Below are positions 18,697 to 28,112 of a DNA stretch of 34,202 nucleotides, in pieces. The notes beneath the pieces are model-generated. The model searched no databases. It was given only the letters and a program-made list of their open reading frames with translations, and had not been told where the DNA came from. The stretch lies in IMG/VR virus record IMGVR_UViG_2531839481_000004, positions 1 through 34,202 of that record. The stretch is one strand, 5' to 3'. The translations under genes and the position numbers were made by a program. How positions within the stretch are numbered: the stretch's first letter is position 1; each line of letters begins with the position of its first letter. This DNA is from a virus. Its lineage: Duplodnaviria; Heunggongvirae; Uroviricota; Caudoviricetes.

Positions 18697-19724
18697 TGGA
18701 AAAGAGTAAGAAGAACCGCGCTGCGTCGACGAAACAGATCCAGCATAAAAACCAAACTTCAGCCGAAGCATTCAGCTTCGGCGATCCCGTTCCTGTTCTG
18801 GACCGTCGCGAACTGCTGGACTATGTGGAATGCGTACAGATGGATCGCTGGTATGAGCCGCCTGTGAGTTTCGACGGCCTGGCGCGAACCTTCCGCGCCG
18901 CCGTACACCACAGCTCACCGATTGCAGTAAAGTGCAACATTCTGACCAGCACCTATATCCCTCACCCGCTGCTCAGCCAGCAGGCTTTTTCACGTTTTGT
19001 GCAGGACTATCTGGTATTTGGTAACGCCTACCTGGAGAAACGCACGAACCGCTTCGGTGAAGTTATCGCCCTTGAACCTGCGCTGGCAAAATACACCCGA
19101 CGCGGATTAGACCTGGATACCTACTGGTTTGTGCAATACGGCATGACCACGCAGCCGTATCAGTTCACGAAAGGCAGCATTTTTCATCTGATGGAACCGG
19201 ACATCAACCAGGAGATCTACGGCCTGCCAGGCTATCTTTCTGCCATTCCATCCGCCCTGCTCAACGAGTCTGCCACGCTGTTCCGCCGTAAGTATTACAT
19301 CAACGGCAGCCATGCAGGCTTCATCATGTACATGACCGACGCCGCGCAGAATCAGGAGGATGTGAACAATCTCCGCAACGCGATGAAAAGCGCCAAAGGT
19401 CCAGGCAACTTCCGCAACCTGTTTATGTACTCGCCTAACGGCAAAAAGGACGGCCTTCAGATCATCCCTTTGTCAGAAGTTGCGGCGAAGGATGAGTTTC
19501 TGAATATCAAAAATGTCAGCCGCGATGACATGATGGCAGCACATCGCGTTCCGCCACAGATGATGGGGCTTATGCCAAGTAATGTTGGGGGATTTGGGGA
19601 TGTGGAAAAAGCGAGTTTAGTGTTTGTTCGCAATGAGTTAATCCCCCTTCAAAAAAGATTTGAGGAGCTGAATGAATGGATAGAAGAAACAGTAATTAAG
19701 TTTAATGAATATAAATTAAATTGA
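18696..19724 (+). CDS. portal protein gpQ
   Basis: ~343 aa; ATG overlaps the P stop (tgATGg). Confidence 0.9.
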   Translation: MEKSKKNRAASTKQIQHKNQTSAEAFSFGDPVPVLDRRELLDYVECVQMDRWYEPPVSFDGLARTFRAAVHHSSPIAVKCNILTSTYIPHPLLSQQAFSRFVQDYLVFGNAYLEKRTNRFGEVIALEPALAKYTRRGLDLDTYWFVQYGMTTQPYQFTKGSIFHLMEPDINQEIYGLPGYLSAIPSALLNESATLFRRKYYINGSHAGFIMYMTDAAQNQEDVNNLRNAMKSAKGPGNFRNLFMYSPNGKKDGLQIIPLSEVAAKDEFLNIKNVSRDDMMAAHRVPPQMMGLMPSNVGGFGDVEKASLVFVRNELIPLQKRFEELNEWIEETVIKFNEYKLN

Positions 19725-19727
19725 TTA

Positions 19728-19759
19728 ATTCAGTAGTAGCAACTTTAAAGGCGCTACTA
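19728..19759. terminator. bidirectional hairpin between convergent Q and the NTPase gene
   Basis: perfect 10-bp stem cagtagtagc/gctactactg with a 12-nt loop. Confidence 0.4.
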
Positions 19760-19770
19760 CTGAACAAACA

Positions 19771-21435
19771 CTATAAATTGAATTTATGCATTCTTAACTC
19801 ATTCAATTTACTCTCTCTAGAAATCTTCATTAAAGCAGCCTTAGCTTTTATAGAAACAGATCTCGTTTTCTCATTTACATTACCAATACGACTAAATTTC
19901 AGACAAGTAGCAACGTGGGATGTTAAATGATTCCCATGCAAACTTTTAAAATAATGATAATAATCATCTTCAGTAGCGCTACTTAATACTTCTATATCAT
20001 CATCATTCCAGCCATTTTTTCCACTGAGCGCATCCAACACCTCACCTAAAGTGCGCTTGGGTGAATCAGTTAGATACACACCTTTAAATTTCTCAATGAT
20101 TTCTGCATCTTTGATTGGTCTAAAAAGATAAAAATTATCCAGATCAAATAACTCTATTTCACTTCGTCTTTCTTGAATATAATACGTAATCATCTCAGAT
20201 GCCTTTGTATCTTCTCCTAGTTCACGGAAGACCCCAACAAGGCTATCAAGATCATTAGGAGATACTTGAGTTACACAATCCATAAAGCACTTATAAAAAT
20301 GAGAAACAACTTCTTCTACATTATCATCAAAACTATTATGAAATAAATCCCATGCACTTCTAAATGAGTTTGACTTTTTATTTTCTAAAGCCTGTTTATT
20401 TATAATTTTTATTGCCTCATTAAACTCTGTCATATCTATATAACCATTCCTGACTAGCTTTGCTATTTTCCTATCCAGCTCATCAACCCTTGTAAAATTA
20501 TAGCTCAGTAAAATATCCTTCCATTTTTTTTCTTCTTCTGTTACATCCTTTTTGCCTATTGAGTAAATACTTTCCATAGATTCGAGGAAATCCAAAGAGG
20601 GAACATCCTTATCTGATTTAGAGCAATAATAGGCCCAATTCATTAATACAACCGTATGCAAAAATTGCATTTTAACTTCACTTTCGCACTCTTCAAAAGC
20701 TCGCCATGCATTTTCTACGTTTCGCTCTATTTTCTTTAAAACTCTAATATTTTTGATGCCTAACGAAATAGTATATTGTGCTAACGGCTTATGAAAATCC
20801 TTACTATTATCATATGCTATCTGTGCAGATTCACTGGGCGTAGGTGAAAAATGCAACTCAATGTCAATTACTTTTTCTTTAAACTTTTCATAATCAGCAA
20901 CTTCTTTAGTACCATCATTGAGTAAAAGTATAACCTTACATTTCTTTTGTTCTTTTAACAAAGAAATAAGACCTAATACATCTTTAAGTTCTAATGACGA
21001 TCCTTTACGCTCTAAATCATCTATGCAAATTAATGAATCTGACACAGACATAAATGACCATGCTTCTATTGCAGGAGCGGCAGACTTTATATACGGCAGC
21101 TCTTTCAATTTACTCCACGAACCTCGCCCCAATATTTCAAGCATACCTAATGTATTTTTTCTTAAACTATCTAGACTTGGCTCATGTCCTATGGAGTCTT
21201 TTGAAACTGCATTTTCAAAAATGGAATATTTTAATCTATCTAACGAAGATATACCGAAAAGAGAGACATAGGAATAATGCGAAGCAGAAATCATATTTTG
21301 ACACTTTGCTTCCAGAAGAAACTTATTCCAACTAAATGTCTTACCAACTCCCCACTCTCCTTTAATTGCCATAACCGAAGGGGCTGATTTAGAAACAAAG
21401 TTTAGAATTTGTTCTCGTACCAAGCTTAGCGACAT
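19771..21435 (-). CDS. KAP-type P-loop NTPase (554 aa), accessory cargo gene
   Basis: Walker A GEWGVGKT (aa 26-33, nt ~21337-21360), Walker B-like LICIDDLER, no obvious TM helices, AT-rich, ATG with AAGGAG SD. Confidence 0.7.
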   Translation of the reverse strand: MSLSLVREQILNFVSKSAPSVMAIKGEWGVGKTFSWNKFLLEAKCQNMISASHYSYVSLFGISSLDRLKYSIFENAVSKDSIGHEPSLDSLRKNTLGMLEILGRGSWSKLKELPYIKSAAPAIEAWSFMSVSDSLICIDDLERKGSSLELKDVLGLISLLKEQKKCKVILLLNDGTKEVADYEKFKEKVIDIELHFSPTPSESAQIAYDNSKDFHKPLAQYTISLGIKNIRVLKKIERNVENAWRAFEECESEVKMQFLHTVVLMNWAYYCSKSDKDVPSLDFLESMESIYSIGKKDVTEEEKKWKDILLSYNFTRVDELDRKIAKLVRNGYIDMTEFNEAIKIINKQALENKKSNSFRSAWDLFHNSFDDNVEEVVSHFYKCFMDCVTQVSPNDLDSLVGVFRELGEDTKASEMITYYIQERRSEIELFDLDNFYLFRPIKDAEIIEKFKGVYLTDSPKRTLGEVLDALSGKNGWNDDDIEVLSSATEDDYYHYFKSLHGNHLTSHVATCLKFSRIGNVNEKTRSVSIKAKAALMKISRESKLNELRMHKFNL

Positions 21436-21528
21436 AACTCACTCCTTGATTGCGAATGTTAATTATATATTTTACCAAAAATCTTAATCACCACCTATAG
21501 AAAGGTGAAAGATGGGTGCTGGCGCGCG

Positions 21529-21547
21529 CTCGTATCCCCGCCACGCC
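21529..21547 (-). other. candidate cos cohesive-end sequence
   Basis: minus strand GGCGTGGCGGGGATACGAG followed by CGCGCGC; first 13 nt identical to the remembered 186 cohesive end, orientation relative to Q as in P2. Confidence 0.45.
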
Positions 21548-21569
21548 TGCCCGCTTTATGTAGTGGTTT

Positions 21570-21672
21570 TCATGCACCTGCATGTTCTACGTAAAAGCCC
21601 GCTAGTTCTGGCGAGCCTTAGCAAAAACGATCCTTAAACGATCATGCGATTTCATGCAGCATAGTCATGCAC
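21570..21672. repeat. cluster of four TCATGC(A) motifs including the palindrome CATGCACCTGCATG
   Basis: copies at ~21570, 21642, 21652 and 21665; palindrome at 21571-21584. Confidence 0.3.
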
Positions 21673-21869
21673 TGTCTAAGAGAAGTGAAAGTCCGTATCT
21701 GAATGACCACTTGAGAAACGAAACATACAGACTTACAAAGATGAAGCTCTACTGTGAGCGAGGAACATACATAGTTGCTCTGTAATAGCCAAATTTTAAG
21801 CAGGAAATCTCTTTTTTATGACAAAACTATAAAGAAAAACAGACCGTTTCATCGCTCGATGAAAATATA

Positions 21870-23447
21870 CTACAATACTTTTCTCTCGATGGTATTTTTA
21901 ATGGTCAACATATCTTTAGGAATACTTTTTTTCCCCTCTATACGTATGGTAAACACAAAAAGAATAACGGCTGATCTCACAATTTTCATGAGTTGTAAGA
22001 GCTGTTTCTCAAACTTTTCTTTCTCAATAAACCTCACCTCATCAAAAAATCCATAAGAATTATATAAATCAACTAACATGTCTTTCTCGTGAATAACTAA
22101 CAGTTTATGTTCTAAATCATTCCTCCATTCTTTAAAAAAAGCAAGCTCACCATTTTTATCATTCAAATCCATAGCAATACTAAACAAACCCAGCAATCCT
22201 TTATTATTTATTTTGTTTATTTTAAGCTTTCTTTTTTCATCACTAATCCGCCAGAAGTTATGAAAGTATATATGTCCTCTATCTGGTTTTAAATCAAATA
22301 ATTGACACAGAGCAACTGCTATTTTATCCAAGATACCAAAGCAAGCTCTAAATGCAACCCTTAACTTCTCAACATTTTCATACAATATTTCTCCATTATA
22401 CAATTCAGAATAACATACCTCCGAATCCTCATCAAAAAACTCACTATCAACCTTATATTCAAAAAACATTTTTCGTGCTAAGGAATACTCAGCTTTAAGT
22501 CTATTTAACACCATTTCCATTGGCACTATAAAATCACCAAACACACCTTCCTCGGTGGTCGCAATAGTTATATTATCTTTAGATGACGCATAACAATTGC
22601 AATATAGCGAATGATCAGACAACATTAGATTATTATCTATACAAAACCTCTGGTAGTTTGATAAAGTATCATACTCCTCCTGCGTGAGCCTTTCATCTGT
22701 ACTTATATCCTCTATGCCATATACACATGATTCACTCAATATACTTTCGTTGTACTTTATTTTTCTTTGAAGAGCAACCTTCCATGAAGGAAAACATTTC
22801 CCTGACTTTATTGCACACTCATAACCTCGAATAACTTCTTTAATCATTTTATATGTATATGTTGTAGATAATTCATTAAGCAATTCTAATGCCTCAGATC
22901 TGTTTACCCACGCCTGAGGAATTGAGTTATCAATAGATATTGCTTGTTCATAATAATCCATTGATTCAGACATACGATATTGTTTTTTTAATACATTAGC
23001 TAGATTAACTATTAAATCAGGGGGCACCCATCCATCTTCTTGTGAAAGTTTAAACGCTTTCCAGTAATTATTTTTTACATCATTCAGCTTAATGAAACTA
23101 TCAATATCTGCATTGTCATTAGGATTAAAATCAAGAACTGCGCTCATTCCATTTGCCAAGTTATAGTAATATAAGGATTCTTTCATTATAGTCAGAAATT
23201 CATTTTTATTGTTTATAAAGATATTTAAGCCTTCCTCCGCTATATTTTTTACATTACTAAAATTTCCGATATCAATAAGATTTCCGGCCAAATTAGATAA
23301 TATAATTATTCTATTTTCTTTGATTGTATTTATCTCATCGATACCGTTAAGAATATCCTTTACATTTTTATAGGCAGAATCAAATGAACCTGCATTAATA
23401 AGATCATCTACGACCCCCATTTTTGAAACAACATAGTTGATATCCAT
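21870..23447 (-). CDS. 525-aa protein with helical-repeat N-terminal region and C-terminal HEPN-like domain (Rx4H motif WRNDLEHK), accessory cargo gene
   Basis: ATG with AGAGGA SD; strongly AT-rich; R442-x4-H447 motif (nt ~22107-22124); occupies the tin/old position between cos and A. Confidence 0.65.
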   Translation of the reverse strand: MDINYVVSKMGVVDDLINAGSFDSAYKNVKDILNGIDEINTIKENRIIILSNLAGNLIDIGNFSNVKNIAEEGLNIFINNKNEFLTIMKESLYYYNLANGMSAVLDFNPNDNADIDSFIKLNDVKNNYWKAFKLSQEDGWVPPDLIVNLANVLKKQYRMSESMDYYEQAISIDNSIPQAWVNRSEALELLNELSTTYTYKMIKEVIRGYECAIKSGKCFPSWKVALQRKIKYNESILSESCVYGIEDISTDERLTQEEYDTLSNYQRFCIDNNLMLSDHSLYCNCYASSKDNITIATTEEGVFGDFIVPMEMVLNRLKAEYSLARKMFFEYKVDSEFFDEDSEVCYSELYNGEILYENVEKLRVAFRACFGILDKIAVALCQLFDLKPDRGHIYFHNFWRISDEKRKLKINKINNKGLLGLFSIAMDLNDKNGELAFFKEWRNDLEHKLLVIHEKDMLVDLYNSYGFFDEVRFIEKEKFEKQLLQLMKIVRSAVILFVFTIRIEGKKSIPKDMLTIKNTIERKVL

Positions 23448-23688
23448 TCAATCCTCTTTAAACTAAGCTAATAATACCAATCATTATATGGATGAGATCA
23501 ATATAGAACATGCCATCTCCGGCAAAAATCGTACTACATCAGACCAGTGCCCTTCAAATAATATAAATTGAACTTAGATACTTCTGCTTCAACCAGTGTG
23601 TTAAATCCATCGCTTGAACTCAGAACAAAAAGCGGACGATCACTTATCAAAATGGCCGTCCACCTAACGCCTCGTTTCACTCGTTGCC

Positions 23689-23725
23689 CAAAATAGTCCC
23701 CCATCAGAATGAATCCTCTTGGGGG
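23689..23725 (-). terminator. possible terminator after the DinI-like gene
   Basis: ccccc-N18-ggggg hairpin followed on the minus strand by actattttg. Confidence 0.3.
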
Positions 23726-23734
23726 CAACGTTTC

Positions 23735-23968
23735 TTAATGCAGCCAGCTGTCGTCTTCCCACACCTTCTGCATAATTTTCATCACTTGCTTCCTTTCTTC
23801 GTCCAGTTGCAGTCCGGTTAGTTCCACACCGTTAGAGCTACCTTTGCGAATGCGAATTACCGTTTTGGGATACAGGGGGCGCAGATTGCGGTAAAGCTCG
23901 GATTCAAGGGCGTCCAGGGTAGACTGGCTAATCTTCTGCTCTTTATCGATCATTATTTCAATGCGCAT
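23735..23968 (-). CDS. DinI-like protein (77 aa)
   Basis: MRIEIMIDK...LDALESEL...QKVWEDDSW resembles E. coli DinI; ATG with GAGGTGA SD. Confidence 0.75.
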   Translation of the reverse strand: MRIEIMIDKEQKISQSTLDALESELYRNLRPLYPKTVIRIRKGSSNGVELTGLQLDEERKQVMKIMQKVWEDDSWLH

Positions 23969-23978
23969 AAAAGTCACC

Positions 23979-24167
23979 TCAGCTGATGACATCCATTGAG
24001 CGGTTGTATTCGTGGGTTCTGATTTTTGCCATGAGTTCATCTGTTAGTTCAGAAACCCACTGCAAAGCCAGCCCCTTCTCTTCATCACTACACTCACTAG
24101 CCGCTACAAGCTTAAGAAAAAAATCAATGCGCTGGAGCTTCAAAGACTCCAAAAAATAGTCCTGCAT
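23979..24167 (-). CDS. small protein (62 aa) under a LexA box, tum-like SOS module
   Basis: ATG with AGGAGG SD 5 nt upstream; LexA box 44-59 bp upstream. Confidence 0.5.
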   Translation of the reverse strand: MQDYFLESLKLQRIDFFLKLVAASECSDEEKGLALQWVSELTDELMAKIRTHEYNRSMDVIS

Positions 24168-24210
24168 CTTTCCTCCTATGACACCACAAGCAATACTGTA
24201 TGCATATCCA

Positions 24211-24226
24211 CTGTTTATATTTACAG
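24211..24226. promoter_or_regulatory. LexA (SOS) box CTGT-N8-ACAG overlapping a promoter
   Basis: ctgtttatatttacag, close to the consensus CTGTATATATATACAG; minus-strand TATACT -10-like hexamer abuts and overlaps the box by 1 nt. Confidence 0.6.
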
Positions 24227-24320
24227 TATATAATAATCTTACTGATGTAAAACGTTTTTTTACGTTCATCAGCCTGATATGCCTGGTATTATTAAGAGCA
24301 CGAATTGTTAACCCGCGTAA

Positions 24321-26735
24321 TTAATACAGGTTTCGCCACTTATCATCTTCCTGCAAACGCTGGTTCCGATAGAAGATACGCAGGCCTGCTCCTGACGGAA
24401 TACTGCCGCCGCGAAGGAGTAAATCGACCTCTTTCTCGCTGCCATTAAATCCTCTGGACTTCAGTTCATAGACGAGCTGCTGTCGCTGATGGTCTGTAAT
24501 TCGCTGTTTGTAGTCTTTACGCCGTTTCGGTTTCACCAGGCGTAACCTTGCAGCCAGTTCCCTGCGCTCTTTTTTGCTCATACTGTGCAGGTAATCGTGC
24601 AACTCCTTGTCATCCATGCGGATAATGTCCGTTCTGGTGTCCCCATCAGCTGATTTATCTTTCTCCTGTTGGTTCAAATTTTCAGCAAGGGGACAGTTAT
24701 TGCCACGAGTCCAAGGGGCGCAAGCGCCCTGGTCGGCTGCCGCCTCCTGAACGTCAACGGCCTTACGAACCATTTTCCACTTCACGGCATGAGTGCAGAT
24801 TTTGCCCTCTGCAATGGGTGACCAGATGCCATAAATACGAATGCCGTGATCGCCATAGGCGGTCGGCTCTTCGTTGATTTCATAAGCGGTTCTGATGAGG
24901 TGATATTTACGGGGAACCAGTACGCCGCCCTGCTTCATGATGTAGGTGGCAAAACAACCAGCATCAGCTGCAGCCAGAATGGCATCAAGGCGCGGGTTAT
25001 CCAGTACCGGCGCACCTGCTTTTTTGTCACCCTGTTGCCTTGCCGCCTGACCAGCCAGCAATCGCAGTTCACGGTAAGCCTGACGCCCCGGAATGCCAAA
25101 GAAGCGGAATTGCTGAACACGATGCAGAGACGCCCAGGCATTAACGTATTCAGCGTTATCACGCAGAGATTTACCCGTTTCCTTGCTGATCTCGCCAGCC
25201 AGACCACGCCCGTCAATGTTCTTACTGATGTATTTCGCGATGTAGCTAGTCGGCGTTCCTTTGCGCGGGTTTATCAGCTCAGACTTAAAGCGTGGCCCCG
25301 TGTTATTACCCAGCTCCTCGCGGTCTTCACGGATAGCAAACTTACGCAACAATGCAGTAATGGCGCGGCGGTCTTTTTTGCGCATGAAACACAACAGGTG
25401 CCAGTGAACTGTGCCGTCATGATGCGGCTCAGCCACCCGCACGCCATACCAGCGCAACCCGGCTTTGTGCATCGCCTTACGAAATGCAGCAAACATGCCG
25501 ACCAGATAATCACTGCTTTGTCTTACCGTCGCATTTGTCCAGGTCGGGTTGGGCCTACCGTTATTTAGCGTGGAATGGAAACGTGACGGACAGGTGATGG
25601 TGTAGAAAACGGCGCAGTCACCGCGCATTTCCGCGATAAGCTCCAGACCTTTAACACAGGCCATCATCTCATTGCGGCGATGCGCAGGGTTGCTGCTGCT
25701 GGCGTTTACCACATCCTCCATGTCCAGCGTGTCGCCGTCTTCGTTCACCAGTTCATGAGAACGGAAAAACTCCAGCGACTTACGGCGCTGCTCACGTTTA
25801 TGCATCACGGCTTCATAGCTGACATAGGGAGATGCTTTTTTGCTGACCAGGCAAACAGCACGCAACTGCTCTTCCCGCCATTCGCAACGCATCTTCCACA
25901 ATTTCCGATACCACCAGTCGGCGCACAGCATACGCGCCAGCGACCCCGGAATGAGTTCATAGGGCACGGGTTTACGGCGGTTTCTTTTCCGGCGGAGTTG
26001 CTCAAACGCAGGCGGTATGACATCCAGTCGCAGGGTTTCCGCCGCCACCTTTTCCCATGTCTTGCGGATTTCTTCTGGCTTAACGTCATCGGTGGCATAC
26101 AAATCGCCACAAGCGGCATCAAGGCACATGCTCATATGCGCAGCTACCAGGGTGGACAGGCGTTTCACCTGATCCTGACTCATTTCAGGCAGGATCAGCA
26201 GACCGTCCAGCCCTTCATGGCTTGCCATAAAGCGAAAAGAAGTGGATAGCTGACTGTCGCGTACATGCTCCAGTCGTTCCAGACATGGCTTAATCGTCTC
26301 ACGCAAATAGCGGGAATAAGCCTTTGGCCTGCCCAGGCTGCTGAAGTATTCAATACGTTGCATCAGCGGCTTGCTGATATGGGAAGGCTGGGCGTTAACG
26401 TCCGCCAGAATGACCATGCCCGGATTAAAACGCTGCTGCTCATGCGCCAGCTTTGCCCGGCTAATGAGCTTATCCTGCTCCATTTCGCGCTGGACAGGAT
26501 CACGTGATTCATTAAAGAAATAACGCTCCCATACCTGATCACTCAGAGCCTCGCGGCGCAGTTGTTCCTGCTCGTTATCGGTAGCGTACAGAGTGATCAG
26601 GTTTGAAAGCGCAGAAACCGGCGCAACTTCCGCCGGGTCCAGATAAGGGTTAATGGCCTTTTTCGGGCTGTTCCATGAGAATGCTGCGGCGACCTCGTTA
26701 AAGCCGCTGCAGTTGTTCATATCAGCATGGCTCAT
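24321..26735 (-). CDS. replication initiation protein A (rolling-circle nickase, P2 gpA family)
   Basis: [13 protein letters not shown] and [13 protein letters not shown] motifs shared with P2 A. Confidence 0.9.
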   Translation of the reverse strand: MSHADMNNCSGFNEVAAAFSWNSPKKAINPYLDPAEVAPVSALSNLITLYATDNEQEQLRREALSDQVWERYFFNESRDPVQREMEQDKLISRAKLAHEQQRFNPGMVILADVNAQPSHISKPLMQRIEYFSSLGRPKAYSRYLRETIKPCLERLEHVRDSQLSTSFRFMASHEGLDGLLILPEMSQDQVKRLSTLVAAHMSMCLDAACGDLYATDDVKPEEIRKTWEKVAAETLRLDVIPPAFEQLRRKRNRRKPVPYELIPGSLARMLCADWWYRKLWKMRCEWREEQLRAVCLVSKKASPYVSYEAVMHKREQRRKSLEFFRSHELVNEDGDTLDMEDVVNASSSNPAHRRNEMMACVKGLELIAEMRGDCAVFYTITCPSRFHSTLNNGRPNPTWTNATVRQSSDYLVGMFAAFRKAMHKAGLRWYGVRVAEPHHDGTVHWHLLCFMRKKDRRAITALLRKFAIREDREELGNNTGPRFKSELINPRKGTPTSYIAKYISKNIDGRGLAGEISKETGKSLRDNAEYVNAWASLHRVQQFRFFGIPGRQAYRELRLLAGQAARQQGDKKAGAPVLDNPRLDAILAAADAGCFATYIMKQGGVLVPRKYHLIRTAYEINEEPTAYGDHGIRIYGIWSPIAEGKICTHAVKWKMVRKAVDVQEAAADQGACAPWTRGNNCPLAENLNQQEKDKSADGDTRTDIIRMDDKELHDYLHSMSKKERRELAARLRLVKPKRRKDYKQRITDHQRQQLVYELKSRGFNGSEKEVDLLLRGGSIPSGAGLRIFYRNQRLQEDDKWRNLY

Positions 26736-27589
26736 GCACGCACTCCGTACACGGCAGAACTATCCACGCCACGCGAAGGATCAAATCCCACCCAGCAGCG
26801 CGGCCCGGAAACAGCGATGATTTCTGTTGCAGATTTACTCTCACCAGCTGCTACACCGATGCTGCGTTTTGCCTTGATGTAGTGGTGAGTAAAATTGCGA
26901 TACAGCGAACGGATCAGGGATGTATCACTGTTAGAAACAATGACCGGATGTCCTTCTGATGACCGATGTTCAAGAACGGATGCCAGGTGATACTGGTCAT
27001 CTTCAGTGAAACCATCAGTGTGATAGCCGGAAAACGTACCGTCATACGGCGGATCGCAATACACCACATCCCCCACCTGCAGCATCGCCAGCGTTTCATC
27101 AAAGCTTGCGCAGATAAACGTTGCTCGCTGGGCTTTTTCTGCAAATGTGCGAAGTTCTTTTTCAGGGAAATACGGATTTTTATAATTACCGTAGGGAATG
27201 TTGAAATGCCCGCTCTTGTTATAGCGACATAAACCACGGTAACCGTGACGATTGAGATACAGGAAATATACCGCTTTCATGAAATCAGTAATTTCAGTGG
27301 AGTAATTAAACTCCTGCCTTATGTTGTAATAAGCCACCTCCCTGTTTGCGATCTCAAATAAAACTCTGGCGCGAGATATAAACGATTCACAATCAGCGGC
27401 AACCTTTTTATAGAGGTTGATTAAATCAGGATTAATATCCGCAACCAGATAGCTGGGGTAATCCGTCTCCATCATCACAGCACAAGAACCCGCGAAAGGT
27501 TCAACCAGTCGCGGGCCTGCAGGAAGGTGTTTTTTCAGTTCGGACATAATGGCGGTTTTATTACCCGCCCATTTCAGGATGGTGCTCAT
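26732..27589 (-). CDS. DNA adenine methyltransferase (Dam-like, N6-A MTase)
   Basis: [12 protein letters not shown]-terminus, FAGSCAV SAM-binding motif, DPPY catalytic motif; ATG at 27587-27589 with GGAGGTG SD. Confidence 0.85.
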   Translation of the reverse strand: MSTILKWAGNKTAIMSELKKHLPAGPRLVEPFAGSCAVMMETDYPSYLVADINPDLINLYKKVAADCESFISRARVLFEIANREVAYYNIRQEFNYSTEITDFMKAVYFLYLNRHGYRGLCRYNKSGHFNIPYGNYKNPYFPEKELRTFAEKAQRATFICASFDETLAMLQVGDVVYCDPPYDGTFSGYHTDGFTEDDQYHLASVLEHRSSEGHPVIVSNSDTSLIRSLYRNFTHHYIKAKRSIGVAAGESKSATEIIAVSGPRCWVGFDPSRGVDSSAVYGVRA

Positions 27590-27888
27590 ACAGCACCTCC
27601 TGCAATAACATATCCTAAAGCTTCTAATGGGGTTAATGAGCGAATTGATAGCATCACCCATTGTTCTGAAACTGCCATGACGTCATTAACCGGAAGCACA
27701 TGAGAGATAACCGCGGCCCATTCCCTACCCGTAAATACGCCATGCTTCCATTCGCAAAGAGAAAGAACATCACCAACTTTATAGCCACGATCGTCTTTAC
27801 GAAGTTCAGCCGTCTTTTGACCTGCAACCACAGCGTTGAAATACTTAGGTGCAATTTTTAATTGATGGATACGCACAGCCCCTGTCAT
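27586..27888 (-). CDS. ASCH-domain-like small protein
   Basis: 100 aa; pattern resembling ASCH/PUA-like domains; ATG with GGAGGTG SD. Confidence 0.5.
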   Translation of the reverse strand: MTGAVRIHQLKIAPKYFNAVVAGQKTAELRKDDRGYKVGDVLSLCEWKHGVFTGREWAAVISHVLPVNDVMAVSEQWVMLSIRSLTPLEALGYVIAGGAV

Positions 27889-28112
27889 ACAGCACCTCCG
27901 TTGTAATGTTTGCCTTTCAGCTCTGCGATTTCCTGGCAAGTAATGCAAAGCTGCACACCCGGAATGGCGCGGCGTCGTGCTGGCGGAATTGGCGCTTCAC
28001 ACTCAATGCAAAGCACGCGAGACACGCCCGGTGTTTTGGCACGAGCAGCACGGATATGGCGCTGGCGTTCTTCTTCAACGCGCTGCTGTACGAGATCCAT
28101 TGCATCAGCCAT
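27885..28112 (-). CDS. TraR/DksA-family C4 zinc-finger protein
   Basis: CIECEAPI...CITCQ four-cysteine motif, 75 aa. Confidence 0.75.
   Translation of the reverse strand: MADAMDLVQQRVEEERQRHIRAARAKTPGVSRVLCIECEAPIPPARRRAIPGVQLCITCQEIAELKGKHYNGGAV

Noticed and set aside
21436-21869. Possible retron-like or other structured non-coding RNA in the 434-bp ORF-free interval
   Set aside because: No reverse transcriptase or other partner gene is present in the window; the cos-like motif and a promoter account for most of the GC-rich and AT-rich features.
23534-23728. 64-aa ORF between the 525-aa gene and the DinI-like gene
   Set aside because: No convincing ribosome-binding site or motif; it overlaps a probable terminator hairpin and promoter region.
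4913-27661. 5'-extended ORF-track starts (invertase at 5485, J at 10029, L at 14192, lysA at 12820, Dam at 27661, ASCH at 27948, DinI-like at 24040, ogr at 404)
   Set aside because: These extensions begin at TTG/GTG or lack an SD, while an internal ATG with a good SD gives the conserved N-terminus of the protein family; the internal starts were used.
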